Shown piece after piece: positions 1 to 8,689 of a stretch of 64,000 bases of DNA. Each line of letters begins with the position of its first letter. Positions within the stretch are counted from its first letter, which is position 1. The notes below the pieces were generated by a model. It was not told where the DNA came from. It saw only the letters and a list, made by a program, of their open reading frames with translations, and did not search any database. The stretch covers positions 4,418 through 68,417 of the forward strand of contig CALUQR010000008.1 in the NCBI GenBank assembly GCA_944322965.1, read 5' to 3'. Position numbers and translations under genes: made by a program. Source of the DNA: Vulcanimicrobiota bacterium (GTDB lineage: Bacteria > Vulcanimicrobiota > Xenobia > Xenobiales > Xenobiaceae).

Positions 1-827
1 TGGTGCTAACGCCCAGGTCTTAGATTTGTGTTCTGTTCTCTCGTGGAGGTATTTAGGACGTCTGCCCAATTGGACCACGCGGGCCAAGGCAATTCGGAGT
101 GCTTAGTGCGTAATTCGGAATTAATTGACTTTTGTTAATGACCCGACAGATCCGAAAGTAACTTAGCCTAGGGAAGAATCGTTGCGGCTTAGCCGCGTTT
201 TTTTTGTTTTGATCGTTGTCCAATTGGACCGCGGCGCGCTCCGCGCCGCACACCCTAACGATTTTCCCCCTAGCTAAGCCCCATCGGAACCAGTCGGCAA
301 CTAACTCCTTGCCATCTCGCCCCTTACCCACAGCCGAAACCCAAGTTAAAGCCACGCCCTCCCCACTCGTTACGCTCCACCTAATTCCTCATTTACGCAC
401 TCCGAATTACGCATTGCCGCCGTTCAGGCGGCTCACGCATTCCGAATTCCTAATTACGCATTGCCCTCGCGTGCCACACCAAGACGATTTTCCCCCTAGC
501 TAAGCCCTCTCGGAATCAGACAGCAACTGACTCCCAGCAACCTCGCCCCTAAGTCACCGCCAAAGCTAAGGTTAGAGTCACAGTCTACCTTTCTGCCGGC
601 TCCTCCTAATTACGCATTACGAATTACGAATTGGTTGCCCGCCAGCCATTCCCCCAAGCCTTCTCGCCCCTAACCCATCGCCAAAACAAAAGTTAGAGCC
701 ATAACCTCACCCTAGCCGCACTAACCCAATTCCGAATTACGAATTCCTAATTCCGAATTGCTGCCGCCTCCGGCGGCTAAAGGCGGCAATGCGAAAGTTA
801 GAGAATACAACTGCTGGGGGTAGATGA
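1..827. repeat. Composite intergenic repeat array A. It runs off the left edge and contains a centre segment, one short-form unit (+ orientation), the palindrome, then about 2.5 long-form units (- orientation) with 7-nt tracts and GC hairpins.
   Basis: Positions 1-75 match 54309-54379 and 58013-58083. Cores with CGATTTTCCCCCTAGCTAAGCC...TCTCGCCCCTAA...AAGTTAGAGCC recur at about 247, 474 and 641. Heptamer tracts (AATTACG/AATTCCG/CATTACG) lie at about 381-466, 606-632 and 727-768. Confidence 0.85.
184..210 (+). terminator. Terminator-like hairpin plus T-run closing the short-form repeat unit
   Basis: GCGGC-TTA-GCCGC (184-196) is followed by T8 and GTTTT. The stem is only 5 bp. Confidence 0.4.
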
Positions 828-2573
828 GTGGAGGCTAGTCGTTTGGGGATAACTGGGGATATAGCTTTAATTGTAGTAGCCGCTCTCTTGTGTGGTTTAG
901 TAGCGAGGCAGTTTAAGGCTCCGGCTCTTTTGGGTTATATTGTGGCAGGCTTTTTGGTCAGTCCGCATACTGAGGGTCCGCACGTAGTCAATGTAGAGCA
1001 GGTAGAGTTCTTAGCCGATATTGGCGTGGCCTTATTGCTCTTTTGCGCCGGTTTGGAGTTCCCGGTAGAGAAGTTAGCGCCGGTCAAAAAGATCGCCCTT
1101 TTAGGGACCCCCTTGCAAATCATTAGTTGCATCCTCTTAGGTTGGGGCTTAGCTTGGAGTTGGGGTGAGAGTTGGAGTCAGGCCCTATGGTTTGGCTGTA
1201 TGATCTCCGTCTCCAGTACCATGGTCGTCCTCAAGATTTTGAGCGACCGGGGGCTAACGGGTACCCTCTCCAGTCAGGTTATGACCGCCATCTTAATTAT
1301 GCAGGACTTGGCGGTTATCCCTATGCTCATCTTATTGCCGGTCCTCAACAATTTAGATCAGGGTCTGGCCACTCTGTTGGGCGCTTTGGGCAAGTCGATC
1401 TTATTGATGGCGGCCGCCCTTTTGGTGGGGGTCAAAGCGGTCCACGGTTTTGTAGCGAAGATCGCCAGTTGGGGCTCGCGCGAGCTCTTTATGGTAACCA
1501 TCTTAGCTCTAGGCATGGGCTTAGGACTTTTGACCTATCACATCGGCCTCTCCTTCGCCTTTGGCTCCTTTTTAGCGGGTATGCTCCTCTCCCGCTCGGA
1601 GTTCAGCCACCAGGCTCTCAGCGACATCGTCCCCCTGCGCGACCTCTTCACCTTAATCTTCTTTGTTAGCGTCGGGATGTTGATCCAGCCCCAATTTGTG
1701 GTGGCCAACTGGCACAAGATCTTGGGGGTGATGGCCGCCATCTGTATTGGCAAGTCGCTCATCTTTGCCCTTATCGCTAGGCTCTTTGGTTACGTCAATA
1801 TTATGCCTTTGGCGGTCGGGCTCTACATGTTCCAGGTGGGCGAATTCGCCTTCGTCTTGGCCCGGACGGGTATGGCCACTAAGAGTATCTCCCACGACCT
1901 CTACTTACTGATTATCAGCGTGGCCGCCCTCTCTATAGCTATTACCCCCTTCCTGGCCAATTGGGCCGACCCCATCTATCAGTGGTGGCGCAAGCGTACG
2001 GGCACTAAGGCCTCCCACACTATTCCCCTCGTCTCTACCGGCTTGGAGAATCACTTAGTAGTTATTGGCTACGGCCATATAGGTCGCTTCATCTGTAAAG
2101 TCTTGCCCCCGGGCACTCCCATTTTGGTGATCGAGTCCCAGCCCCAGCGCTTGGCCCAGGCTAAGGCTGAAGGCTATGAGGTCATAGGGGGCGACGCCAC
2201 TTCCCCCGACCTTTTGAAGGCCGCCGGTCTGCCTAAGACTGCGCTCTTAGTGATGACTATTCCCAATCCGCTGGACTCGGCTACTATCCAGGAGACGATC
2301 CACTTTATCAATCCCCACTTGCGCGTCATGGCTAGAGCTAGCAATTTAAAACATATGCGAGAATTGATAAAGTACGGTTGTAGCGAGGCGGTGGTGCCGG
2401 AGTACGAAGCGGCCCTGGCCATGTTGCGCGATATTGTGCAAGTCATGGATATTTCTAACTTTGCGGTCGACCAGTTAGTCAATAAGGTGCGCGCTCAGCA
2501 ATATAGCCCGCTCTGGGTGGGCAATTCTAACTTAAATCTGGGCGCCCCAACGAAGAGTTCAGCTACTACTTGA
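828..2573 (+). CDS. Cation:proton antiporter (CPA2/Kef-type) with a C-terminal RCK/TrkA-N domain
   Basis: 581-aa ORF. The first ~390 aa are polytopic membrane sequence. A Rossmann-type motif, VVIGYGHIGRF, follows, as in TrkA-N. Confidence 0.85.
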   Translation: MEASRLGITGDIALIVVAALLCGLVARQFKAPALLGYIVAGFLVSPHTEGPHVVNVEQVEFLADIGVALLLFCAGLEFPVEKLAPVKKIALLGTPLQIISCILLGWGLAWSWGESWSQALWFGCMISVSSTMVVLKILSDRGLTGTLSSQVMTAILIMQDLAVIPMLILLPVLNNLDQGLATLLGALGKSILLMAAALLVGVKAVHGFVAKIASWGSRELFMVTILALGMGLGLLTYHIGLSFAFGSFLAGMLLSRSEFSHQALSDIVPLRDLFTLIFFVSVGMLIQPQFVVANWHKILGVMAAICIGKSLIFALIARLFGYVNIMPLAVGLYMFQVGEFAFVLARTGMATKSISHDLYLLIISVAALSIAITPFLANWADPIYQWWRKRTGTKASHTIPLVSTGLENHLVVIGYGHIGRFICKVLPPGTPILVIESQPQRLAQAKAEGYEVIGGDATSPDLLKAAGLPKTALLVMTIPNPLDSATIQETIHFINPHLRVMARASNLKHMRELIKYGCSEAVVPEYEAALAMLRDIVQVMDISNFAVDQLVNKVRAQQYSPLWVGNSNLNLGAPTKSSATT

Positions 2574-2591
2574 GGAAAGGGAGGAGCGACG

Positions 2592-4235
2592 ATGGTCGGT
2601 CAATCTAGTTTATGGAAGGCTCAATTGGCGATTATTGGGGGTGGGGTAGGCGGTTTTGCAGCCGCTTGGGCCGCCTTGCGGCGCGGTTTAACGGTGGTCA
2701 TGACTGAGGAGTACGACCGGGTAGGCGGCCAGTTTACCTCTCAGGCGGTTCCGCCCGACGAACATCCCTGGATCGAGAACTTCGGCTGCAGCGCCTCTTA
2801 CCGCCAGTTCCGCCAGTTGGTGCGGGCCTACTATAAGGAGTGGTACCCTCTCTCCCCTAGGGCCTTGCAATTTTGGGAAACCCTCAATCCCGGTCAGGGT
2901 TTTGTCTCTAGTCTGTGCCACGAGCCGGCGGTCAGTCGGGCGGTGATGGAGTCCCTCTTGCGCCCTTATCTCTCTAGCGGCCAGTTAAAGCTCTTATTGC
3001 ATACGGTTCCGGTGGGGGCTACCCGAGTGGGCGACCGCCTCTTAGAGGTGGAGGTAGAAGAGCGCTTAGAGGATGGGGAGAAGCGCCATTACCGCTTGCA
3101 GGCCCCTTACTTTATAGAGGCCACGGAGACGGGCGATCTCTTACCTTTAGCGGAAGTGGAGTATCGCATAGGGAGCGAGTCTCGCCAAGAGACGGGCGAG
3201 CCCCGCGCCCCCTTAGAGCCCGACCCGCACAACCAGCAGGCCATCTCCTGGTGTATGATCTTAGATTACCAGCCAGAGCGCGAGGCGAGGCTTGAGCCTC
3301 CGGCCCAGTACGATTTTTGGCGCCAGTACGTGCCGCAGTTGACTCCGCCCTGGAGCGGTCCCCTCCTCTCTTGGACGGCTACCCACCCCATAACTTTGGA
3401 GCCCGTGGAGCGCTCCTTCGATCCCTTACATCCCCAGCCTGAGCGCGGTCCGATGGACCTTTGGACCTTTAGGCGCTTAGCTTGGCGGGAGAATTTTGAG
3501 TATCCGGCGGGTACTTCGGAATTAGTCTTAGTCAACTGGCCCCAGATCGACTATTTAGAGGGCAATATCGTAGAAGTTACCCCCCAGGAGAAGGCCCGCC
3601 ATTTAGAGGGCGCCCGCCAATTGAGTCTATCCTTATTATATTGGATGCAGACTGAAGCCCCCCGCCCCGACGGCGGTAAAGGTTGGCCCGGCTTAGGCTT
3701 GCGTCCCGACGTCGCCCAGACCGCAGACGGTTTGGCCCGGGCCCCTTACGTGCGCGAAGCTAGGCGCCTTAAAGGCCTCTTCACCGTCTATGAGCAGCAC
3801 GTCTCTTTGGAGTGTCGCTGCCAGGAGACGGGCCTCTCTCCCCAGGAGGTACGCGCTACGCAATTTTCGGATAGCGTGGGGATAGGCGCCTACCGCTTAG
3901 ATCTCCACCCTACGACTAGGGGCCAGAATTATTTAGACGTCAGCGCCTTGCCCTTCCAGATCCCCTTAGGTTCGCTCTTAGCGGCCGACACGGTCAACCT
4001 CTTGGCCGGCGGCAAGACCCTCTCCGTCACCCACATTACTAACGGCTGTTACCGTCTCCACCCCGTCGAGTGGGGCGTAGGCGAGGCGGCCGCTCTCTGC
4101 GTAGCTTACGCTCTGGAGCGGGGAGTCAATCCCCACCAGATTTACGCGCAACCGGCCCACTTAGAGGACCTACAAAACGATCTCTCAGCCCGCGGCCTGG
4201 AGTTAGAGTGGCCCCAGGAGATCTATCCTCTCTGA
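2592..4235 (+). CDS. FAD-dependent oxidoreductase
   Basis: N-terminal dinucleotide-binding motif IIGGGVGGFAAA...E..D.VGGQ. 547-aa ORF, 18 nt after the antiporter gene. Confidence 0.7.
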   Translation: MVGQSSLWKAQLAIIGGGVGGFAAAWAALRRGLTVVMTEEYDRVGGQFTSQAVPPDEHPWIENFGCSASYRQFRQLVRAYYKEWYPLSPRALQFWETLNPGQGFVSSLCHEPAVSRAVMESLLRPYLSSGQLKLLLHTVPVGATRVGDRLLEVEVEERLEDGEKRHYRLQAPYFIEATETGDLLPLAEVEYRIGSESRQETGEPRAPLEPDPHNQQAISWCMILDYQPEREARLEPPAQYDFWRQYVPQLTPPWSGPLLSWTATHPITLEPVERSFDPLHPQPERGPMDLWTFRRLAWRENFEYPAGTSELVLVNWPQIDYLEGNIVEVTPQEKARHLEGARQLSLSLLYWMQTEAPRPDGGKGWPGLGLRPDVAQTADGLARAPYVREARRLKGLFTVYEQHVSLECRCQETGLSPQEVRATQFSDSVGIGAYRLDLHPTTRGQNYLDVSALPFQIPLGSLLAADTVNLLAGGKTLSVTHITNGCYRLHPVEWGVGEAAALCVAYALERGVNPHQIYAQPAHLEDLQNDLSARGLELEWPQEIYPL

Positions 4236-4292
4236 GCGGGTGGAATCTTTACCTCTATTTTAGGAGCAGGGTAAGCCCCTCTCAGTCCAGAA

Positions 4293-4796
4293 ATGGGAGG
4301 GGCTATGAGTATGAACAACGAGCACTACCGGATGGCCCAAATCCATAGGGATCGGGGCAAGCGCCACTACGCGGCTAACGAGATCAAAGAGGCGGTAGCC
4401 GAGCTGACCGAGGCTTATAAGTTTGATCCTCGCGATCCGGAGATCCTATCCCTCTTGGCGGAGATCTACGGGGCGGCGGGCTTTATCGATCCGGCGGCCG
4501 ATCTCATCCAGAAGAGTCTGCGCGAGAACTTTAGCGACGTGCGCGGCTGGATCATGTTGGCTAATCTCTACGCTCAGAAAGGCGGCGCTTACCAGGAGTT
4601 AGCTCTGGAGCAGCTCAATCAGGCGGAGAACTTAGATCCCAAGCAATCGATGATCCCCTACTTGCGGGGCAATATCTGCGCTCGCCGCGGTCAGATAGAA
4701 GAGGCTAAGAACTATCTGCGCAAGGCGCTGGAGCTGGATCCTAAGAATATGTACGCTAAGCGCGACTTAGATATTTTGAATAAGCCCCCAGAGTAA
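4293..4796 (+). CDS. TPR-repeat protein
   Basis: Repeated 34-aa A/Y/L pattern (e.g. ANLYAQKGGAYQELALEQLNQAENLDP and ARRGQIEEAKNYLRKALELDP). The start is uncertain: ATGs at 4293, 4305 and 4311, with an SD GGGAGGGG at 4296-4302. Confidence 0.7.
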   Translation: MGGAMSMNNEHYRMAQIHRDRGKRHYAANEIKEAVAELTEAYKFDPRDPEILSLLAEIYGAAGFIDPAADLIQKSLRENFSDVRGWIMLANLYAQKGGAYQELALEQLNQAENLDPKQSMIPYLRGNICARRGQIEEAKNYLRKALELDPKNMYAKRDLDILNKPPE

Positions 4797-4823
4797 GAGG
4801 CTCTAAGGGACGCTAAAAAGGGT

Positions 4824-4851
4824 AGCCCTCCGCAAAGGGAGGGCTCTTTTC
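4824..4851. terminator. Bidirectional intrinsic terminator between convergent genes
   Basis: AGCCCTCC-GCAAAG-GGAGGGCT (8-bp stem) followed by CTTTTC. Confidence 0.6.
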
Positions 4852-4853
4852 AT

Positions 4854-5381
4854 TTAGATATTGAGACTCTCCAACTGGCTGACTTCATCTTTACTGATAC
4901 TAAAGCTCTCCACCCCGCCCTCATCATCTAGGCGCACCCACAATCCGTTGTAGACGTAGGCTTGGGGCAGCTCCTTATAGGGCTGACCCAGTTTAGTCTT
5001 GATGGTGGCCGCTTTGGAGTCGGGCCAGATCCCCTCTTTAGTGGAGCCTTGGTAAGCCACCCACTGCACGCCGTCTTTGAGGCCGCTACTATAGAGGACG
5101 ATACTGCCCACCGTATCGCGCAAGTAGGAGATCTCTAGCCCCCGCTGGGGGTACTGGACGATAACATGCTCCTTATTGAAGGGGTTATCGCTAACTATGG
5201 GGGGCGCTCCCAGGGCGGCCTCTACCTCTTGGCGGCTATCGAAGAGTTGGACCTCGGCGATCCCCTCGCCGGGCACGATAGCCCCCGGATTGGGGCCGGC
5301 GGGCGAATGTTGGGTACAGGCGCTCAAGAGACCTAGGGCTAAGCTAGCGGAGAGGATCAAAAGGGCGAGCGAGCGTTTCAA
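4854..5381 (-). CDS. Lipoprotein, function unknown
   Basis: Signal peptide with lipobox LLSAC. 175-aa ORF. Confidence 0.65.
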   Translation of the reverse strand: MKRSLALLILSASLALGLLSACTQHSPAGPNPGAIVPGEGIAEVQLFDSRQEVEAALGAPPIVSDNPFNKEHVIVQYPQRGLEISYLRDTVGSIVLYSSGLKDGVQWVAYQGSTKEGIWPDSKAATIKTKLGQPYKELPQAYVYNGLWVRLDDEGGVESFSISKDEVSQLESLNI

Positions 5382-5387
5382 AGCTTT

Positions 5388-6692
5388 CTATTCTCCTTGG
5401 GAAGTTTGGGGGATGGCGGTCTCCTGGGGAGCGCTCCAGGGTTTTAGCTTCGAGAGGTGGAGTTCTTTTTCCCAGTCGTCCCACTCATTGGGGATCTTGA
5501 AAATCTCTAAGAGGGGGCGCAAGGGGATGAGGGTATGGCTCCCCAGCTGGCGGGCGGTAGAGATGACGTCGGCGCTACTGCCTAAGGGTATTTGGAGAGG
5601 GTCTAAGACGTAGTCGGGATCGAGCGGGAAGTAGAGAGCCTGGGCGCCGTAACTAACCTTAACGACTCGCTCTTGGGCATCCCAATTGACCTCTAAACCG
5701 GCCGCCTGGGCGACTTTGGGAGAGACCCAGATCGCCCCCTCGATGAGGGTGGGATCTACGGGCCATTGGGAGAGGCGCTCTTTACCTACGGAGACGATAA
5801 TATTATTGAAGAGGAGCTCCCGGGCCACGCCGTCGGCGCTAGCTAAGTAAGCTAAATCCTCAGCGGAGAGGCTCAGGGCCTCTTCATCTAAGAGGCGCTC
5901 TAAAGAGGCGGCGGGGGCGCTCTGGCGGTAGACGTCGGGGAAGGTGGCGATCCAGTAAGAGCCGGTAGCTGGATCGCTACCCAGCTTAGCCGTCTCATAC
6001 TCGATACGCACCGGCCACCCTAACTCTAAGAGCGGGAAGAGCTCGTGGACGGCCCGCGGGTACATGCGCATACAGCCATGCGAGACCGCCTGCCCAATAG
6101 AGAGGGGGCTAGTAGTGGAGTGGATCCCAATCCCCGGAGAGCTGATCCCTATCCAGCGGTCCCCTAAGGGGTTATCCGGCCCGGGAGGGACCATCTCTTC
6201 CTTACGTCCGGCCCACTCCGGAGGGAACCAGACGGGATCTTTAGAGAGGGAAGTGATAGTAAAGTTTCCCTGCGGGGTCTGGAAGCGGCCCGCCATGCCG
6301 ATGGCGATGGGATAAAATTGGCGAAATTCACCGTGCCGGAAATAGAAGATCCCCCGCTCGGGGAGGTTGATAACTAAGCCGTCGCTGGGCGGATTAGCGG
6401 GCAAGACGCGGCGCAGAGGGATTATGAGCTCCGTACCGGGAGCAACTTGGATGTTATTAGGATCGCGCCCGTTGGCGAAGGCCAAATGTTCGATAGCTAA
6501 ACCGTAATTTTGGGCGATCGTAAAGAGATTTTCACCGCTATGGACTATATGGTGGCGATCGTGGCCTACGACTAGGCGCGCCTCTCCCCCTTGGACGCTG
6601 GAGCTAAATAATAAGCCCCACAGTAAGAGTAAGCCTATCCACTTGGGCAGCCCGCCTCCCATAATAGCTTGCGCTCCTTCCTCTAGCCTCAA
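5388..6692 (-). CDS. L,D-transpeptidase (YkuD domain) with a LysM domain and a C-terminal copper-amine-oxidase-N-like domain
   Basis: LysM-like HIVHSGENLFTIAQNYGL...VAPGTELIIP. YkuD catalytic motif IGIHSTT...SHGCMRM. Signal peptide present. Confidence 0.85.
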   Translation of the reverse strand: MRLEEGAQAIMGGGLPKWIGLLLLWGLLFSSSVQGGEARLVVGHDRHHIVHSGENLFTIAQNYGLAIEHLAFANGRDPNNIQVAPGTELIIPLRRVLPANPPSDGLVINLPERGIFYFRHGEFRQFYPIAIGMAGRFQTPQGNFTITSLSKDPVWFPPEWAGRKEEMVPPGPDNPLGDRWIGISSPGIGIHSTTSPLSIGQAVSHGCMRMYPRAVHELFPLLELGWPVRIEYETAKLGSDPATGSYWIATFPDVYRQSAPAASLERLLDEEALSLSAEDLAYLASADGVARELLFNNIIVSVGKERLSQWPVDPTLIEGAIWVSPKVAQAAGLEVNWDAQERVVKVSYGAQALYFPLDPDYVLDPLQIPLGSSADVISTARQLGSHTLIPLRPLLEIFKIPNEWDDWEKELHLSKLKPWSAPQETAIPQTSQGE

Positions 6693-6801
6693 AACTTAGA
6701 GATTATAGATCTTCTGGCCGCTAAAAGGGGGGCCGCAAAGACGCAAATTTAGGAAAATTAGAGCCCCTCAGGCAGGATTCCCTCCCTAGGCTCAAAAGAT
6801 T

Positions 6802-7245
6802 TTGAGCCAAACGCAGGGTTTTAACCCTATAACCTCAACGCTGGAGGCCCCCTTGTCGGCTCAAGCTCTAAATAATAATCTCTCTCCCGTACTCCACCGC
6901 CCCCCCTCCCCGCTCTATAAAGAGTTGAAACGTAAGGGACGCATCTATCCCGCCCAGGCTGGCATCTTGGAGATAGATTACGATACGGGACTCTTTGGGA
7001 TCGAATTCCCCACCGGTGGCGAGGGCGCTTTGGAGACGGAACTGACCCGCACTAGCCGCCACTTCCCCTTAGCCGGGGTCGAGAAATTTCAACAGCCCTC
7101 CGCAGACGGTACGGAGAGCGGCTGTAAAGTCTTCTACTTCGATACTTCTAATACTAACGCCCGCGGCTCGGGAGACCTGCATTTCGTGCAGACTAGCGGC
7201 CACAAGCGCGCCAACTCCTTAAAGATCCGCCTGGAAGTGGAGTAG
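6802..7245 (+). CDS. Hypothetical protein (start uncertain)
   Basis: Open frame of 147 codons with no competing ORF. The TTG start lies inside the hairpin GGCTCAAAA-GA-TTTTGAGCC (6789-6808). There is no internal Met. Confidence 0.35.
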   Translation: MSQTQGFNPITSTLEAPLSAQALNNNLSPVLHRPPSPLYKELKRKGRIYPAQAGILEIDYDTGLFGIEFPTGGEGALETELTRTSRHFPLAGVEKFQQPSADGTESGCKVFYFDTSNTNARGSGDLHFVQTSGHKRANSLKIRLEVE

Positions 7246-7261
7246 GCGCCCCAGTAGTACC

Positions 7262-8119
7262 TTAAAGGAGCGGGCTCAGAGCGTCATAGAGCAAGACTCC
7301 GGCCATAGCCCGCCGGTAATCGGCTTGGGAGCGCACGTCGCTAATGGGCGAGACCTCGCTCTGGGCCAGCTGGCAAGCCCGCTCTAAGCGCTGGGCGCTC
7401 AGAGGCTCGGCCCGGAGGTACTCCTCTACCTGGCGGGCCCGCAAGACGGTAGGCCCTACCGCTCCAAAAGCTACTTGTAAGTAATTAAAGCCCACGCCCT
7501 CCTCGAGCTCGGGATCTAAGACGTAGCTCACCCCAATATTGACCTTACTAATAGCTAGCGACTCCCGCTGAGCCATAGAGTTCCATACCCCTTTGATCCC
7601 CGGGCGGCAGGGGAAGTTGATGGAGTAGATAATCTCGCCCGGCTCTAAGACGTTGCGCCTGGGGGCTAAGGCGAACTCTTCTACGGCCACCGTGCGCTCG
7701 CCGCGCTGGGAGATGAGATGCAACTGGGCCCCTAAACTGTAGAGGGCGGGCACGGTATCGGCCACCGGAGAGGCATTAGCTAAGTTGCCGCCTATAGTGC
7801 CCCTAGAGCGGATCTGAGGGCCGCCCACGTTGGCGCTAGCTTGGGCTAAGGCCGGGGCCCAAGTCTGCACTAATTGGGAGCGCATAATCTCATGATGAGT
7901 GACCCCGGCCCCGATGCGCAATTCTGAACCCTCTACGCTGATACCGTGCAGTTGGGGCACGTCGGAGATCTCTAACCAAGTGGCGGGGGGCAAGACTCCG
8001 GCGTGGGCTTGGACCATGAGATCCGTACCTCCGGCCAGGTAGAAGATGCGTCCCTCGATGGAGGCCGCAGCCTTTAAGAGGGAGTCTAAATCGGTATGGC
8101 GCTGAACCTTAATCTCCAT
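7262..8119 (-). CDS. Xanthine dehydrogenase/CO dehydrogenase family, FAD-binding (medium) subunit
   Basis: 285 aa. LAGGTDL and GGNLANASP motifs typical of FAD-binding molybdopterin dehydrogenase subunits. Last gene of the L-S-M operon. Confidence 0.85.
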   Translation of the reverse strand: MEIKVQRHTDLDSLLKAAASIEGRIFYLAGGTDLMVQAHAGVLPPATWLEISDVPQLHGISVEGSELRIGAGVTHHEIMRSQLVQTWAPALAQASANVGGPQIRSRGTIGGNLANASPVADTVPALYSLGAQLHLISQRGERTVAVEEFALAPRRNVLEPGEIIYSINFPCRPGIKGVWNSMAQRESLAISKVNIGVSYVLDPELEEGVGFNYLQVAFGAVGPTVLRARQVEEYLRAEPLSAQRLERACQLAQSEVSPISDVRSQADYRRAMAGVLLYDALSPLL

Positions 8120-8131
8120 CGCTCTATCCTC

Positions 8132-8686
8132 CTACAAGCGGTCGGCTGAGGGCGCGGGATGGACCCCGGGCAGATCTTTAAGTTGGGAGGGCTTACCCTC
8201 TAAGCGCAATTGGCGCTCGATCTTAGCCGCCCGCAGGACGGCCCTAAAGATCTTGTGGTAACCGGTACAGCGGCAGATATTGCCGCCCAAGGCGTAGCGC
8301 ACCTCCTCTAAAGTAGGGTCTTCCTTCTCCTCTAAGAGGGCTCGGGCGGCCACCACCATCCCCGGGATGCAGAAACCGCACTGGACGCTAGCCTCTTCTA
8401 CAAACATCTGCTGGATCGTATCTAAGCGCCCTTCGAAGGCCATGCCCTCGATAGTTACCAGCCGGTGGCCCTGAGCCTGGATAGTCATTACCAAACAGGA
8501 GTCGACGGGCTTACCGTCCATAAAGATCGTACAGGCCCCGCACTCGCCCTGACCGCAACCCTCTTTGCAGCCGGTGAGATGCAACTCTTCGCGCAGAGTA
8601 TCTAAAAGGCGGGCCGTAGGGTCGACCATCTTATCGATGGGATGGCCGTTGACCGTACATTGCAGGCGAAAATTCTTCTCAGCCAT
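8132..8686 (-). CDS. Xanthine dehydrogenase family, [2Fe-2S] (small) subunit
   Basis: Cys clusters CKEGCGQGECGACT and C..C...CRCTGY, typical of (2Fe-2S)-binding subunits. Confidence 0.9.
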   Translation of the reverse strand: MAEKNFRLQCTVNGHPIDKMVDPTARLLDTLREELHLTGCKEGCGQGECGACTIFMDGKPVDSCLVMTIQAQGHRLVTIEGMAFEGRLDTIQQMFVEEASVQCGFCIPGMVVAARALLEEKEDPTLEEVRYALGGNICRCTGYHKIFRAVLRAAKIERQLRLEGKPSQLKDLPGVHPAPSADRL

Positions 8687-8689
8687 GAC

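Noticed and set aside
53-503. ORFs 53..355 (-) and 216..503 (+) in repeat array A
   Set aside because: They read straight through heptamer tracts and repeat cores, giving IPNYAL/RTPNYA-type peptides. They lack an RBS. The equivalent frames are not preserved between repeat copies.
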